A stretch of 64,000 nucleotides of DNA, from the NCBI RefSeq assembly GCF_009914755.1, contig NC_060927.1; one strand, written 5' to 3'. The notes beneath the pieces were generated by a model, which was given only the letters and a program-made list of their open reading frames with translations, was not told where the DNA came from and did not search any database. Position numbers and translations under genes: made by a program. The stretch comes from the human T2T-CHM13v2.0 reference genome, Homo sapiens. Positions 1 to 15,029 of the stretch are shown piece by piece (the first letter of the stretch is position 1; every line of letters begins with the position of its first letter).

Positions 1-526
1 ACTGCAATGAGGCATTCCAAAATTCCCACCGGGGCAGTGTTAACAAAGTCCAAGTAGCGAGGCAGGATTTTCATCCCAAAACCACCCATCCTGATAACAA
101 GGCCCCACCGTTTATCCCATGGTGGTATCTGCAGAGATCACTGGAGGACCCTGGACTTCTTACCCAGCTGTAATGAGGCACTCTTCCTCTCACCACATGG
201 GGAAGAAGATGTCAGAAGAAACTTAGTGGAGAGTCACGACACTCAGTTTCACCAGCAGCAATGAGACCACCCCACGCTAGTGTCAGTGGAGACCCCATCA
301 GCAGCAGAAACTCTCCCCCAATCTAGCAGTAACAAGGACTTCCCACCTGTCCTCAGGAGGCTGGGTAGGGAACCTAGACTTCTGCTTCCACCTAGCGGTA
401 ACAAGGCAGTGCCCCTCTACACTTGTCAGAGCTCTTAGAAAAACCAGTTAAAATAGTCTAAATATGATTGAGTCTCCTTAACATAAGACAAAAATGTCCA
501 GGTTTCAATTTTTAAAAATACTATCA

Positions 527-836
<310 letters not shown>

Positions 837-1375
837 TCATAGTAATACTAAGAACCAGGATGATTTCAACTGAATGGCAAAAGACAATCAATGAATGCTA
901 ACACCAAGAGAACCAAGATGCAACAATGATCTGAAAGAGATTTTAAAGCAGCCATAACAAAAATACATAGATGAGCAATTATGAACATGCTTGAGATGAA
1001 TGATGAACTAGAAAGCCTCAGCAAGGAAATAAAAGATATGAAGAAGAACCAAAGGGAAATTTTAGAACAACCACCAAAATGAACACCTCAGTGGATGGGC
1101 TCAAGAGCAGAATGGAGAGGACAGGAGAATCAGTGAACTGGGAGACTGAGCAATGAAAGTTACCCAGTGTGAACAAAAGAGAGGAAAGTAGACTGAACGA
1201 ATAAACAGAGCCTTGGAAATATGTGGGATTATAACAGATCTAATATGTATGTCATTGGTGTTTCCAAAAGAGAGGAGAAAAAGAATGGGACTGAAATGGT
1301 ATTCAAAGAAATCATAGCTAGAAATTCCCCAGATTCAGCAAGAGACATAAACCTGCACATTAAAAGAAACTGACT

Positions 1376-1771
<396 letters not shown>

Positions 1772-2775
1772 TCATGTGATTTTTCCTCTTTGATCTTTTA
1801 ATATGATTGATTTTCAAATATTAGACCTACCTTCCATCCCTGGAATAAACTACACTTGCTGGTGGTGTATAATTCTCATAATATATTGCTGAATTTGATT
1901 TGCTAATATATTGCTGAGGTTTCACATCTGTATTCATGAGGGAAACCAAAATCTCTGAAAGATTTTTTTAAAGATATAAATAAATTTATTCTAAAATTTA
2001 TGTGGACAGGCAAGGCAACTAGATATAGCTAAAACAATTTTGAAAAAGAGAAATAAAGTGAAAGTAATCAGTCTACCCAATTTCAATACTTATTATATAG
2101 CTAAGATAATCAAGATTGTGTGGTATTGTCAGAAGAACAGACACATACATATCAATGGAACAGAATAGAGAACTCAGAAACAGACTCACAAGAAATATGC
2201 CCAGCTGATTCATCACAAAGTTGTTAATGTATTTCAATAAAGAAAAGAGCCTTTACAACTAAAGATGCTGGAGCAATTGGACATCCACAGATGAAAAAAT
2301 AAGCATTAATCTAAGACCTATATCTTATATAAAAATTAACTCAACGTAGATTACAGACATAAATGTAAAATGCAAAACTATAAAATGGAAAAAAAAAACA
2401 TTGGGCTCTAGCACTAGTCAAAGACTTCTTAGACTTCACATCAAAATCACTACCTATAAAAGAAAAAAATGGAAAAATTGTTATCAAATTTAAAACTTTA
2501 GTCTGTGAAAGACCCAGACCCTGTTAAGAGGATGAAAAGATAAACTACAGATGGAAAGAAAATATTTGCAAAACACGTATCTGACAAAAGACTAGTATCT
2601 AAAAATATATAATGAACCCTCAAAATTCAACAGTTAAAAAAATTCCATTGGAAAATGGGCAAAAGACATGAACAGATATTTCACTAAACAGGTTATACAG
2701 ATTGCAAATAAGTACATTGAACGGTGTTCAACGTCATTAGACATTAGGAAAACACAATTAAAAACCACAAAGAGA

Positions 2776-2918
2776 GGCAGGTGCAATAGTGCATGGCTGT
2801 AGTCTCAGCTACTCAGGAGGCTGACACAGGAGGATCCCTTGAGCTCAGGAGTTGAAGACCAGCCTGGGCAAGATAGTGAGACATCATCTCCAAAAAATAA
2901 AAAAAATTTAAAAAAAAA
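2776..2918 (+). mobile_element. Free left Alu monomer (FLAM)
   Basis: Single ~120-bp monomer with A tail; TSD aaaaccacaaagag / aaaactacaaagag. Confidence 0.85.
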
Positions 2919-3423
2919 CTACAAAGAGTTATCACTATATAGCTATAAGAATGGCTAAAATAAAAAATAGTGACAACACCAAATGCTAGTGGAGATGTAG
3001 AGAAACTGAATCATTCACACTGTACTGGTGGGAATGTAAAATGGTACAGTCTCTTTGGAAAATAGTAAGGCAATTTGTTGAAAAAGGAAGCATGCAATTA
3101 CCATATAACCCAGCAATTTCTTCTGAGCATTTATCTCACACCTATACCTGAATTTTTATAGCAGCATTGTTCATAGTCACCCCAAACCAGAAACAACCCA
3201 TATGTCCTTCACTGGTGACTAGTTAAGCAAACTATGGTATACTCATATCATGGAATACTAACTCAGCAATAGAAAGGAACTGACTAATGATACATGCAAC
3301 ATGAATTAATCTCCAGAGAATTATGCTGGGTTTTAAAAGCAAGTTCCAAAAGGTTACATATTGTATAATTCTATTTATATATCATTCTTTAAATGACAAA
3401 ATTATAGAAATGGAGAACAGTTA

Positions 3424-3737
3424 GGCCGGGCTCTGTGACTCACACCTATAATCCCAGCACCTTGGGAGGCCAAGGCAGATGGATCACGATGTCAGGAGAT
3501 CGAGACCATCCTGGCCAACATGGTGAAACCTCATCTCTACTAAAAATACAAAAATTAGCTGGGCATAGTGGCACGTGCCTGTAATCCCAGCTACACAGGA
3601 GGCTGAGCAGGAGAATCGCTTGACCAGGGAATTGGAGGTTGTAGTGAGCCAAGATTGTGCCACTGCACTCTAGTCTGGGCAACAGAGTGAGACTCCGTCT
3701 CAAAATAAAAAAAAAGAAAAAGAAAAAGAAAAGAAAA
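3424..3737 (+). mobile_element. AluS (AluSc-like)
   Basis: Dimer with a (GAAAA)n tail; TSD agaaatggagaacagtt on both sides. Confidence 0.93.
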
Positions 3738-6208
3738 GAAATGGAGAACAGTTTAGTGGTCATCAGGTGTTGAGGAGGTGGAGGCAGGAAGGAAGTGGGT
3801 GGGATTATAAAAGGGCAACATGAGATCCTTGTGGTGATGGAAATATTCTGTAGCTTGACTGTGTCAATGTCAATGTAATATAGTACCTATTGTGATATTT
3901 TACTGTGGTTTTGATAGCTGTCACCATTAGAGGAAATGAGTGAAAGATCTCTGTATATTTCTTATAATTACATGTTAATCTATAATTATCACAAAATAAA
4001 AAGTTTAATTTTTAAAAAAAGCAAATACATGAAAATCAGTATGGAAAAATAAACAAAGTGGTGCTAACCAATCTGAGTCCAAGATTGAAGTTGTGCTATT
4101 ACCAACATTGGCAAGTAATTATAATTAATTTAAAATCGAATTAAATATTTTTTCTTTCAAAAATATTTGTTTTCTTCCAGGTAATGAAAAACCTACATAA
4201 TCCTTCCCCCTTGTGCTTTTGCACCAATTCAACAACAACGCCTTTGCAAAAACAAGGAAAGGCACTGAAATGTACCCTTTCCAAGATCTCAAACATATTC
4301 TGAAAGTGGCCAGATAATGTCCTTCATGTTCACTGAATTAATAACTGAACTAACATTGTTTGTAAAACCTTGAGCTGAATTGGTCTGGCCCTTTCCTAGT
4401 GCTTGTTCAGAGTTGCAATTTTATACTCATAATGTAATTTACTTGATTAACAACTCCTCTGGCTTGTAAACTCCAAAAGGACATGGTCCATGCCTGGCTT
4501 TATTAACTTTGTCTCCATATGGTCTATCCCAGAGTCCGGTGCATATAAGTCTACCATATACAATAGATGCTTGATGAATTGAAGAATGCATTAATAAATG
4601 ACTCTTTCTGTCTCTGCTCACTTCATCATTACCACTGCCCTAGCAGGAAAGAGCCTCATAGACTTATCTTTCAGCCTAGGGAATGCACTAGGCAGTTAGC
4701 TCATTGGGACCTATGGTTAGATTGATCTCGAAGCATCTTTCCCACTCCATTTTTGTTTATAAGGTTAAGGGATATTCAGCTGTACCTAGGGTTGTAGCTG
4801 CTGCTGCTTCTACTTCTCCTATTTCTATTAGAAGTGATTTTTCTAAAATGAAAGAAAAAGAATACTTGGTATCCACTCAATTGGAAATAATGCAATTGTA
4901 GAAAATAACTTTGCACTCTAGTTCATATAACCTGGATTTAGTTAGGGACTTCCTTTTCTTTGAGCTACACGGCCATTAGTTGGATTTTCCTTATAATTTT
5001 TTCTAGTGAGCCCAATAAGTCACAGAGAAAAATACAACTGATCGTCTACCATCGTACCTGCATTTTAATGTTCTAGGATCCAAAACAAGTAACACATTCT
5101 ATTTTTCTCATTTAATATGACCTTAGGATTTTAAGTTGTTATTCGATCACTATACAGGTATGCTAGCTGTGACCACACTAGCTTTGTTGAAATGTATTTT
5201 TGCCTAAAAGGATGAAGTTGAAAATACTAAACAATTTTCAAAACAGAAAGTAAGCAGAGAGTAGATGTTTTAACGGACGATCTTGCCCTAAAGATAAAAT
5301 ATGCATTTACTAACTTAGAACTGAAGGCAGTGTAGAAAGCTATATATTTTTATTTGTATAGTCACCAATTATTTTACAAAGAGAGATCATTGAACTATTT
5401 GTAATATGTTAATTACGTTGGACATTCACTGCTAATGCACAAATTTTACATTTTTTTTTCAAAACAGAATTTCTGAGCAATCAACAGGAAAAAGAATAGC
5501 AATGTAAAGTTCCTATGTAGGAACTACATTTCATATGCAACTATCTTGATTATCAGCGTCTCCTCGAACCTTTCCACCGTCCCCTACCTCCAAAAGCCCA
5601 CTCTTCTACTTCTGGTCTTAATCTTGATTACCTGTCATAACTTACCACGTACTAAAATTAAAGGGCTAATTTAAAAAGAGGAATGTGGGGTTCAGGTCCT
5701 CAAAACTTATGGTTGAGTCACAATCTACCTTTTTAGATTATTTCAGGAAAATTCCAAATAGCAGAAATAAAATTTTGAAGTCAAACTGCTTGCTTTCAAT
5801 AGTATCCTTCTTAAATTATCACTGAACAGAATCACTGAACAAATCCCCATATCTTCTTTATATAGTACATTTCATACTTTTTTTTGCAAAGTAAAAATGT
5901 TAAGACCAAAGAAAGCTTTTCCCCCTCAAATGGACGGTGTTGAAAAAAGATTAAAGGGATCAATGCTTTAGATGGTGACTTTTTTTTGCCTTTTAAATTC
6001 TTTTTTCTGTAATTGAATTGTTAGCAGAATAGTTTTCCATATCCATACTTGTGTGTGGATTCTTGGTAATGTAGATTACATTATAAACAAAATGTCTGCA
6101 TCATAAGCAAAATACCTGCCTCATTTATTTTTGTTCAATTTCAAATAAACTATTGTACTTTTTAGCTTACTTTAAATCATCTCCCTATAAATGTGTCTTA
6201 CTCCTTAG

Positions 6209-6495
6209 CTTTTTTATCAGACAGGGTCTCACTGTAACCTACGCTGGACTGCAATGGCGCATCCATGGCTAACTGCAGCCTCGACCTCTCAGGCTCAAGC
6301 GATCCTACCTCAGCCTTCTTTGCAGTTGTAACCACAGGTGCAGCCACCAATCCCAGCTAATTTTTAAAATTTTTTTGGTAGAGACAAGGTTTCACTATGT
6401 TGCTTGGCTGATTTCAAGCTCCTGGGCTCAAGTGATCCACCTGCCTCAGCCTCCCAAAGTGCTGGGATTATAGGTGTGCACCATCACACCTGGCC
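6209..6495 (-). mobile_element. AluJ
   Basis: Diverged dimer with gacagggtctc and gctcaagcgatcct; TSD tccttagctt. Confidence 0.9.
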
Positions 6496-6809
6496 TTCCT
6501 TAGCTTTAGCAGCTTCCATTATAGCTGTGGGAAATGAAAACTGGGTTGGTTAGATAGTAAGCTGTTCACATCCAAATTGTCACCGTTTTACCTTCCTAAA
6601 TGTTTTGGTGGGGTGGGGGTTGCTTTTTTGTGTGTGTGATTAAAATAATATATTATCATTTAAAATTGTACCACCAGAATGTATAGTAATATCTTTCAAA
6701 AGAAGCAAATGGTCAGAATGAATAATATTTCCTAAATATTAGCACTTGGTAGGGTTTCTAAGAAACCCTGAGAAAACTGAGAAAGCATCACCACTTATAA
6801 AAATTTCCT

Positions 6810-7134
<325 letters not shown>

Positions 7135-7824
7135 TTAGATATTCAAATTAGCATATCTGATTTTCATGAAAAATGAAATTTTAGTAATGTTTTACACAAT
7201 CTAAATGAGCTACATCTGAAGGGAAGTTGTATGTCAAAGGATTTATAATGACATCTAATCTGAAGGTAAGCTACATTTTAAACAGAGAATATGAACAGAG
7301 AATAAGAGCAGAGTTTGTGATTACAAATTACAAGCTTTTGAGAGCATCCAGCCAATTTGAAAATTCTACTATTTCATAGGGTAATGAGCTGCCATTTTCC
7401 CCATTAATTGGTGTGTTATTACAATGACAGGATACACTGTAAATATCACTAGGCAGAATAAATGGCATTTGGGAAAAAATAAAAAACTGTCACCGGCTTT
7501 TGTCGGTTTTTTGCAGCCCATCTTTGCAACCTTTGACCCCAATTCTGGGAAACAGCATGTCCCTGCAGATTCATGTTGCTCATTAAACAAGGTCTGGTGA
7601 CTCCGTGAGATAATCATCACCACAGAGTGTAATTGGCCTTTCGGAAGAAAAAAGAAAACTAGGCACATTTATCCATTTATTTGATTCTAGTGCCTGCTGG
7701 AAGCAGGCACTGCAATTAAAGAGGAAAAGGAAGCATGCAGAGATGAAAACAGGTAAGAGAGAGTGGAGAGGACCTGCTCAACAAGTAGGCTTGGATCTAG
7801 CTTTACATATAGGTACGATCTCTC

Positions 7825-8215
7825 AGTTCATTTATTCAACAATTTTTTGTGCAATGCCTACCAATTGCCAGCTCTCTGCAAACTGTTAGAATAGGGGAAA
7901 TGAATAATCATAGAAATGTAAACCAGTAACTCTAGAAAAATAAAGACAAAGGATCTTGGGAGCGAAATTGAGAAAATTTCCAAGGCTATGCTATTTGAGC
8001 TAAAGTCTGAAGACGAGAAATACCAGACAAAGAGGGAAAAAGTTATTTCTGAAGGTAGGTATAGCAGAGCAAATGCCCTATGTTAAGAGGAAGCATAGCA
8101 AAGACAAATGGAAAAAAGGGTGAGTGTCTGGGGTGGAGAAAGCACAGGGGAAGTGTCGTATGAGTTGAGGCTGGAGATAAGGAAAAAGCCAGACTACGTA
8201 GAGCCTTGTAGACCC
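7825..8215 (-). mobile_element. L2 remnant
   Basis: ttcatttattcaacaa...gcctac terminus followed by purine-rich L2-like body. Confidence 0.55.
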
Positions 8216-8603
8216 TCACATGGCCTGTGGAGGGTTCCGAATTCCACTGACTAATATATTACCTCCCTCAAACACATGCCATTGGTCTTGTCACTGGGAA
8301 ATAAGGCATACTGATTAAGAGTTGGTTGCCCACACTGCTAATTGAAAGTCTTAGGCAGGAATTTGGATGACAAAAGAGCTACAGAAAACTGTGATTCCAA
8401 AAAGTTAACTTTGCATTCTACATACTGGTTTGGGTTCTGCCTTTGGGTTGGTAAGGTGATAAACAGAAGAGGCTATCTGAAGAGAGACCTGGAGAGAAGT
8501 GATACTGTAAGAGTGACTGACTGTTTCCCTTTCTCTTTATTTTAATATTCTCGGGAAAAAGGTCTGCCCCTGTGGAAGTTAGATAGATTTCAGATCATTA
8601 TAA

Positions 8604-8897
<294 letters not shown>

Positions 8898-10650
8898 TGA
8901 AGCAGATATGGAAAATAAATATTGAAATACAGAGTAGCCATACATTTGCCATTCCTTGTATTCCTTATTATGCAGTGAACATTCTTTTGTTTAGTCAGCA
9001 GCATTTTGTTGCCTGAGTGGGTATGAAACAACAGCAAAAAAAAAAAAAAAGCCTCTTGGTTTTCAAAAGCCAAGGCCTAAGAGCCTCAAAGGACCCAGAC
9101 CATAAAAATTTCACCCTAAACAATAGATTTGGGGAGATATATTTGGAGACACAGTCTACAGTCCCCTCTATTAAAGAAAAAGTCTTTGGATCAGAAAAGG
9201 AGGAGAGAGTTGGAAACAAAGTTAGAAGCTGAGATGTATTTCTGAAAATTATCTGTACTCTGACCATTTCCGGTCCCTGACTCCCGTCTCTAACCTGGTC
9301 CAAATCCAATTTAAACCTTGATAAGCATGAGGAACTGAAGACCAGGGTAACTCACTGGCTCCCTGCACAACCAGATTCTTGACTACCTCTAGGAAAATGC
9401 AAGGATCATAATTTTACCTATGTCCTAAGGAGCAGAGGAGTAGAGAAGACAGTTTCCATGGCCAAAAGTAGAATAGGAGTAGCATACTGCATTTAAAGCA
9501 TCTGAGAAGCACTTGCACATGGCACAGAAACTTGAAAAGGTTTTTCTACAGGGGCAAAGAGATGTAACTGTAGCTTGGGTGGACCAATAGTTGCAGACCA
9601 GAAGAACAAGAATTTCAGTATGTTCTTGTTTGCTTGTGCTAGTTAGTTACTGCAGACATCCATTTTGATTGTCTTTGCCTGCGCCATTTTCACTTTTAGA
9701 CATTTAAAAAATATATTTTGATATGATCACTGATTACAACAGAAGTCAGCGGGATATATGGCAATAAAGACCAGGTCCCACCTTCCTATATATTGCCATT
9801 TGATAAGTTTCCTAGACAGATGAAAAGAGGAGGATGGGAAAGAGCTCCTAAATTGAGATTACATTTTCATTACCCAGAAGAGTGGTAACCTGAAAATAGA
9901 ATTTATATTCATTTTTAGAAAGATGATGTTATGGCCCCTCCAGCCGGACTGTGTGGGCTGAGAGTTATATTTATCTATTCCTCAGAGTTTGTAGCAACAT
10001 GCAGTGGTGGGTTTTCGTGTAGACTTACTTTTTGAGACACCTATCAATATGAGACAGGTAGTGCTAAATCAGAACTTTGTTTACCATCTGAAACAAAAAT
10101 CTATTCCCCTTTGGAGAAGAAAAACTATTTATCTGAGAATAAAATAAATTTAAAATATAGATATGTAGAAGTGAAAACGAAAACCCTGAGCCCAAACAAT
10201 CTAGATTCTCCAGGAAAATGTCACCGGCGTGTCAAGAATCAGCAAGGATGTTGTTTGTCTTACACAGTTTCCACCAAAGTCATAGCCCAATTCTCACAGG
10301 CATCTCAAACCTAATAAACTTCTCGCTAGAGTAACACAGACTACACATGATTTTTTGTAAACCTGACGGTAGTCACTTTGACTCAGAGAACATTGGCAAG
10401 CTGTCCCCTGCCTCTAAGCCTGTCTGTCAGAACTATTTCAACTAAAACACATCACTGAAGCAGTACACACATCTCTTTGGTCCACATTTAGTTTGACCCT
10501 AATGTATTTCTACTGCACCAAACTATTGCCTTTAAACATGTTTTGCAATCTGGGATACCAGAAAACAATTTGGGGAAGTCAAGTGAGAATGGAACCCTTG
10601 CTCTGCCTGGTACACAGTTATTCTTTAAATGAACTGAGGGTAGAAGAACA

Positions 10651-10985
10651 GTGTTGTGCTACTATAACAGAACACTACAGACTGGGTACTCTATGAAAAA
10701 ACAGAAATTTATTCACTCACAGTTCTGCAGACTGGCAAGTCCAAGATCAAGGCACTGGCACCTGGTCAAGTGACAGCTTCCTCGCTGCAGCCACATGTGC
10801 AGAAGGCAAAAGCCTCCTGACAGCTAAAAACAATGTGAAGCTACTTTTATAAGGGCCTCAATCCCACTAATAAGGGAACAGCCTTCATAGCCTAATCAGC
10901 TCTTGATACTTAAGAGGCCCAACCTCTTAATACTATCACATTGGCAACACCTGAATTTTGGAGGGAACACATTCATACCATAGCA
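10651..10985 (+). mobile_element. MaLR solo LTR (MST/MLT1A-like)
   Basis: ctataacagaacactacagactgggt...aaatttatt...cacagttctg...aagtccaagatcaagg and the terminal acattcataccatagca. Confidence 0.85.
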
Positions 10986-11257
10986 GTAGGTAAGACGAAC
11001 TTAGATGATGGCGGATCAGTAAACCTACAAATAACAATAAATGGACAAAAAATAATACCTTATAGGGATTAGTGTCCAGAGAGGCCCAGGAACTTGAAAA
11101 AAATGTGCTGTGACTCTGTTATTCCAAGCTTATACCAAATTATCATTCTTATACTTGGTTTGCCTCTCTTCAGTATTCCTCTTTCATATAGATACATTAT
11201 TTAAATGTTAATAGAAATAATACACAAATGGAGCCTCCTTTAAAATATATATATATA

Positions 11258-11610
<353 letters not shown>

Positions 11611-11779
11611 TCAAGGATGGATGTCAGTATAGCACAGAAGCTGCGTTGATTCCTACATGAAATTTTTGTATCTTACTAGTATTTTGAAGTGATCACAACA
11701 GGCTTTCTTGTAATTAAAGAGAAAGTCTTAGTAACATATGAAGACCTTGACAGAAAAAAAAGGAAATCCTGCAGGAGTG

Positions 11780-12060
11780 CCTTCCTTTAGTCCAAGTAGT
11801 AACTGGTCTGCCTCGATTTCCATACCTTTAAGCTATCTGGTGAAGCCATGAGTGCAGACGAAGCAGTTGTGAGGGAAATATTTTCCCCTGGTTTTAAAAA
11901 AAAGTGATTGATGAAAAAAAGCTGCTCCTTCTTTTTAATTTTGACGAAGCTGGTCTCTACTGGAAGCAAATGCCCTGAGGATGCCCTGATGAAGAAAACA
12001 GGAATCAGGGTTTAAGGCTGTAGGGATCTACTGATTGTGGTTGGAGATTAACTGTTAAAG
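11780..12060 (+). mobile_element. Tigger/pogo-type DNA transposon transposase remnant (frameshifted)
   Basis: Ordered motifs KLSGEAMSADEA (from 11830), FNFDEAGLYWKQMP (11934-11975) and SGFKA (12005-12019) match pogo/Tigger/CENP-B DDE-family GEAASAD, FNxDETGLFWKxMP and PGFKA. Confidence 0.75.
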
Positions 12061-12220
12061 TTGATTTTATTGGTTCTCCACTTATACAATCAGATAGATT
12101 TTGAATAGTTTGTCCCAATCCTATCTTTTTCATAAGCCTGGCTATTTTTAGTGTGCAATTATACAAAATATTTGGTGTTTCAGGAACACACATATCACTT
12201 CACAACAGAACAAACACTCT

Positions 12221-12655
12221 CACAGGTTGGGTTCTTTGGGAAGTAGATTCCGAGACAGACTTGGGTGTGCAGAATGTTTGCTATGAAGGACTCTTGAACA
12301 ACATCTGTGGAAGCGAAGAGAAGGAAACAGGGGAAAGGGGAAAATTAGCCACAGTGCAGGCTGAACAGCCTCAGCTGATTCCACTGGGTGGCTCTGGAGA
12401 TAAATGGCCGTTAGAGTGCTCAATATTGATCCAAAATAGCTGGGCCTTTATACTCTGCCATTGATCAGTTAGTTGGTGAATGTGGGCCACCCACTCCTGC
12501 CATCCAGGGCCATAACCTTGAGTGAGGCAGCTTTGCACCTAAAGCAACCGCAGAAGGGGATGGCAGTTGGAGGTTGTCTGCTGAAAACATTGTGACTGGC
12601 AGCAAGTCCTTCCTTAAAGGGGATCTGGACAACATATCTCCATGTCCACCTCAAC
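12221..12655 (-). mobile_element. ERVL-class solo LTR (LTR16/LTR33-like)
   Basis: caggttgggttct...gaagtagattccgagac start and gggatctgg...catgtccac end resemble old ERVL LTRs. Confidence 0.6.
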
Positions 12656-12899
12656 CTGAATTATCAATAAACTAGAGATTCACAACTTTTACTCCCACAA
12701 TTCATCATTCTTAGGATTTGGTGTGCATCCTTCCAGACCTTTCCCTCTGTATTAGTTTCCTGTTCTCTGTGTCTGTATGCATGGATGTGAGTGTACAAAT
12801 AGCATTATACAATAGGTTTTTTCATTCATCATGTCTCAGAGATCTATCTAGTTTGATTCTTTTGGATCTGGCACATCCCTAACAATTTTCCATTTATGA

Positions 12900-13405
12900 G
12901 TATTGTTGAAGGAATAGCTGTTTGCCAATCCAGGATCTATTCTACCTTCCTCCTTCCTCCTGATTTTATTTAGAATCACGACATGCCCACATAAAATGCT
13001 ACATGCTCTCTTGTAGCTAGGGTGATACATGACACAGTTCTGGCTCAAATCTGGAAGTGGAGGTCACTATGTGAGGCTTTTAGAAAAGCTTTTCAAATGC
13101 CACCGACTCTGCTGTCACAATGTCCCGTCCCTTCTTCCTTCTGAAACACAGTTGTGACGGTCAGAGAGGGGGGTCAGGAGCCCCCTGTGACCATGTGGTT
13201 GGGAGCAACACTTACAGGCAGCAGATCAGAAAGACAGAAGGAGTCTGACACTTGGATGATATTTTGAATTTGCTACACCAGCCCTGGACCAACTACCTCT
13301 ACATTCTGCAGTGTGAAAAAAAATAATAATAATGCATTTGGTCAGAACACTCCAAATTGAGTTATCTATTGTGTACAACAGGAACTAATCCCCAACTAAT
13401 TCAAG
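12900..13405. mobile_element. Old MaLR LTR (MLT1-like) within L1ME-like fragments
   Basis: tgtagctagggtgatacatgacacagttctggc and ccagccctggaccaactacctct motifs. Confidence 0.6.
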
Positions 13406-15029
13406 TGTATCTGTTTACTTACCTGTTCCAAATTGATAGACAATTTGTTTTCGACTTTCCCTCTTACAAAGCCGCAATACGTATCCTTGTATATGTCTCC
13501 TTAAGCATATGTGTGAATGTTTCTCTAGAGTAGATTTAAAAAGGAGGAAACCCAGGCTGATAGGGTATGCACATATTTAGTTTTAACCAGTGACCTGAGA
13601 GATTATGATATTTCCACAGCAGTGAATGAGGACTCTTCTTCGCCCTCATCCATCCTAGATACCAACTTTGATATTATTCCTTTGTTTTTTTTTCTAGTCT
13701 GACAATAAAACAATTATTGCTTTATTTTGTATTTTTCTGATTACCAGTGAGGCTAAATGTCTTTTCATATGTTTGTGGGATAATTCTGTTTCCAAACTTT
13801 ATGCATTTTTCCACATAGTTGCTTGTCTTTTTCTTACTGATTTTAGGAACCTTGCATTTGACATTTATCTTTCCCTCTGATATCATGATGTTTTAAACAT
13901 ATAATATAAAATTAAATTCTGGAATTTCATCAATTTTTTTTCCTCAAGTTTAATTTTAGTTGATAATGTCTTAAAATTTGTTACTATGATAATTACAGTT
14001 ATAAAAGTAACTTTTTTACAGTAAAGTTTCACTGGATCAACTGAGAGAAACCAGACTGAATGAGAGGAAAGCCCAATTTACAGACTAATAAATTAGTGAT
14101 TATTAAATTGCATTAAACAGTAAATATTTGCTATAGTACTTCACTATTAAAAAGATATTTAAAATTAATAAACTAATTGTTTAACTTTTAATAGGTATCA
14201 TCACATTATTCTAAAAACATTTTGCATTCTAGAGTGCAGAATTTATCAAAATCTCCACCAAGGATCTTTTTGGAATTTGTACATCAAAATTTACAAAGTT
14301 GTTTATCTTAGTTCAATGTAACATTTATTCAATGTAACTAAAAATGTATACTAAGTGCAAGAAACCATGGCAAGGACACACCAAATAAAAAGTCAGCTGT
14401 AAAAAAGATTGGAAGGATAATTGTAATAATTATAAGAACTAAAATGTACTGTTCATTTACACTACATATCCAGGCACAATGCCAAGTTATTTACCTTCAA
14501 TAAGGAGAAAATAATGACAAATCAGAAACTGTCAATCTAGATAGATAGTTATTTCTGAAATAGAGTTTCTCTCTAAATCCTGTATATGAAATTCAAGAGT
14601 CAAGGAATCAAAATATTTTGTCAATTTCCTTTCTGAATCCCTAGCAAATTATATTTCACCATATGTTTGGTAAATATTATGGAGTTATATAAGTTTCAAA
14701 GTGAACTTCAGTTTAGAAAGGTTTAAATTTTTCAAAATTTCTGGATAAGTAAAGTACAAATTAATGTTTACGGTACCGATGGTGCTCGTTTGGCCCTTAG
14801 CCAAATTAATCGTGAGTTTAAGGCCCTGCTTTATAACAGGCAGGCAGCTGTAACCGGTTTTAGCTTGCGCTAGGTATGGTCCGAGGATGCCTTATGCATA
14901 TAATCAGCACCCAGAGATCCTAGAGTTTTCTAGCTCCATTACCCATGACAACTTTTCAACATGCCTTTCAAGCTGTTATTGTTCTTTGGGGAGGAGTACA
15001 ACATGTTATAATTGAGAGTATGGGATTTA

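Noticed and set aside
5818-5841. Short tandem duplications (atcactgaaca twice; also 41439-41464) and small hairpins near 8212, 49965, 59112 and 60097
   Set aside because: Short or imperfect enough to be expected from slippage or chance.
14782-14840. Resemblance to the U6 5' end (gtgctcg.ttggc) and the U5 3' stem
   Set aside because: Similarity covers only about 12-20 nt and does not extend; there is no tail or TSD, so no snRNA pseudogene is called.
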